Of a stretch of DNA of 6,885 nucleotides, positions 6,054 through 6,885 are shown one piece after another. The DNA is from a virus. Its lineage: Duplodnaviria; Heunggongvirae; Uroviricota; Caudoviricetes. The notes beneath the pieces are model-generated. The model made no database searches, was not told the DNA's origin, and saw only the letters and a list, made by a program, of their open reading frames with translations. The number at the start of each line of letters is the position of its first letter. Position 1 is the stretch's first letter. The position numbers were made by a program, and so were the translations under genes. The stretch is taken from the IMG/VR virus record IMGVR_UViG_2541047122_000022, one strand, 5' to 3'.

Positions 6054-6077
6054 CCGATATGGGAATTCCCATATCGG
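6054..6077. repeat. Perfect 24-bp palindrome CCGATATGGGAATTCCCATATCGG upstream of the hok promoter region
   Basis: Direct reading: 6054-6065 is the reverse complement of 6066-6077. No T-run on either side, so it is unlikely to be a terminator. Confidence 0.5.
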
Positions 6078-6184
6078 GCGAAAACGGTTTGCTGTAACGG
6101 CAGAGTTAAGTAGGATTGCTGCGGGTGCTTGAGGCTATCTGCCTCGGGCATGAACACCAACGGCAGATAGATAAAAGCCCCACC

Positions 6185-6265
6185 CGACTATAAATCGAAG
6201 TGAGGCCCCTATATGCTCGTCACATATAGATTGCCTCTTACGGACCGAAAGGTCAAGGAGAAGCA
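6185..6265 (-). ncRNA. Predicted Sok-like antisense RNA (approximate placement)
   Basis: Inferred from hok/sok family organisation: the antisense RNA overlaps the mok translation-initiation region. A candidate -35 TTAACA on the minus strand (rc of 6288-6293) was seen, but the -10 is unclear and the ends could not be fixed. Confidence 0.25.
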
Positions 6266-6425
6266 GGCTATGAAGCAGCAAAAGGCGATGTTAATCGCCC
6301 TGATCGTCATCTGTTTAATCGTCATAGTGACGGCACTGGTAACGAGGAAAGACCTCTGCGAGGTACGAATCCGAACCGGCCAGACGGAGGTCGCTGTCTT
6401 CACAGCTTACGAACCTGAGGAGTAA
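6213..6425 (+). CDS. Mok-like reading frame: in-frame upstream extension of hok (70 aa)
   Basis: ATG 6213 is in the same frame as hok and 57 nt upstream of its ATG; a GAGG lies upstream. This matches how chromosomal mok/hok pairs are annotated, as I recall. Confidence 0.4.
   Translation: MLVTYRLPLTDRKVKEKQAMKQQKAMLIALIVICLIVIVTALVTRKDLCEVRIRTGQTEVAVFTAYEPEE
6270..6425 (+). CDS. hokD: Hok/Gef-family type I toxin (small membrane peptide), 51 aa, HokD(RelF)-like
   Basis: MKQQKAMLIALIVICLIVIVTALVTRKDLCEVRIRTGQTEVAVFTAYEPEE is unmistakably Hok/Gef family. RBS AAGGAG 9 nt upstream. The hokD assignment rests on memory and on synteny with a dicA/dicC prophage. Confidence 0.9.
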   Translation: MKQQKAMLIALIVICLIVIVTALVTRKDLCEVRIRTGQTEVAVFTAYEPEE

Positions 6426-6493
6426 GAGACCAGGCGGGGGAGAAATCCCTCGCCACCTCTGATGTGTCAGGCATCCTCAACGCACCCGCACTT

Positions 6494-6521
6494 AACCCGC
6501 TTCGGCGGGTTTTTGTTTTTT
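6494..6521 (+). terminator. Rho-independent terminator at the 3' end of the hok mRNA
   Basis: Stem AACCCGC / GCGGGTT with loop TTCG, followed by TTTTGTTTTTT. Confidence 0.7.
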
Positions 6522-6591
6522 CCTGGCATTCTGGTTTACAATCCACGCCAGCCTGAACAACTGGCACCTGCTGCGCCAGCAGAGAAAACAG

Positions 6592-6870
6592 ATGGCGCAC
6601 GATACCAAATTATACAATTCTGATGATTCTGCCGTCTTTGCCAGCAGGCGCGGACGGTGTTTTCACGCATTCAAATCTGACTGGTACCAGCATCCCCCAT
6701 GCACTGAAGAACAGGCCGAATGGCTCATTCAGTGTTACCGCAGGCGCGGATGCGAGGTTAAAAAAGCCCTTAGCCTCGACTACCGTCACTGGATAATCTC
6801 CGTCAGGCTCCCTTACTCCGAACGGCCACCGCGTCCGTCCCGCACATTCCAGCAACGGATCTGGAGGTAA
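6592..6870 (+). CDS. Hypothetical small protein, 92 aa, with 4 Cys and 4 His; positionally like the gene that follows hokD in Qin-type prophages
   Basis: ORF track 6592..6870 (+); ATG start with only a weak RBS. No family recognised. An antisense ORF (6610..6855) starts with TTG and is considered less likely. Confidence 0.4.
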   Translation: MAHDTKLYNSDDSAVFASRRGRCFHAFKSDWYQHPPCTEEQAEWLIQCYRRRGCEVKKALSLDYRHWIISVRLPYSERPPRPSRTFQQRIWR

Positions 6871-6885
6871 TGTGCGGGTATTACT

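Noticed and set aside
5900-6160. Minus-strand 86-aa ORF spanning the terminator, palindromes and hok promoter
   Set aside because: It covers a region dense with regulatory structure and would run antisense through the hok 5' leader. No RBS.
6400-6855. Minus-strand ORFs 6400..6600 and 6610..6855
   Set aside because: The first overlaps the hok 3' end and terminator. The second starts with TTG and lies antisense to an ATG-initiated ORF. Neither has an RBS.

Overview
This window reads as the early (immunity plus replication) region of a lambdoid, Qin/Kim-type enterobacterial prophage, followed by cargo genes. All calls are from reading the sequence and the ORF track by eye; no database search was run. 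Leftward (minus strand): a DicA-like CI-type repressor (839-1246), a 99-aa hypothetical ORF, and a probably frameshifted gene running off the left edge. Rightward: a divergent control region with three evenly spaced 14-bp TTAGG-N5-CTAA operator-like palindromes, then dicC (Cro-like), a possible YdaT-family gene in the CII position, a replication initiator (N-terminal HTH plus DnaT-like C-terminal domain) with iteron-like repeats in its linker, a lambda P-like helicase loader, and a two-winged-helix gene interrupted by an in-frame amber codon. Downstream lie a ~600-bp coding-poor stretch with broken frames, an AT-rich island carrying an orphan secreted ModA-like solute-binding protein, and an apparently intact hokD-type mok/hok/sok type I toxin-antitoxin locus with recognisable 5'/3' fold-back complementarity and terminator. 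A small Cys/His-containing ORF ends the window. No rRNA, tRNA or CRISPR array was seen. The least explained parts, and the best candidates for something undescribed, are the orphan binding-protein island with its 28-bp palindrome, the amber-interrupted gene, and the 4320-4920 stretch.
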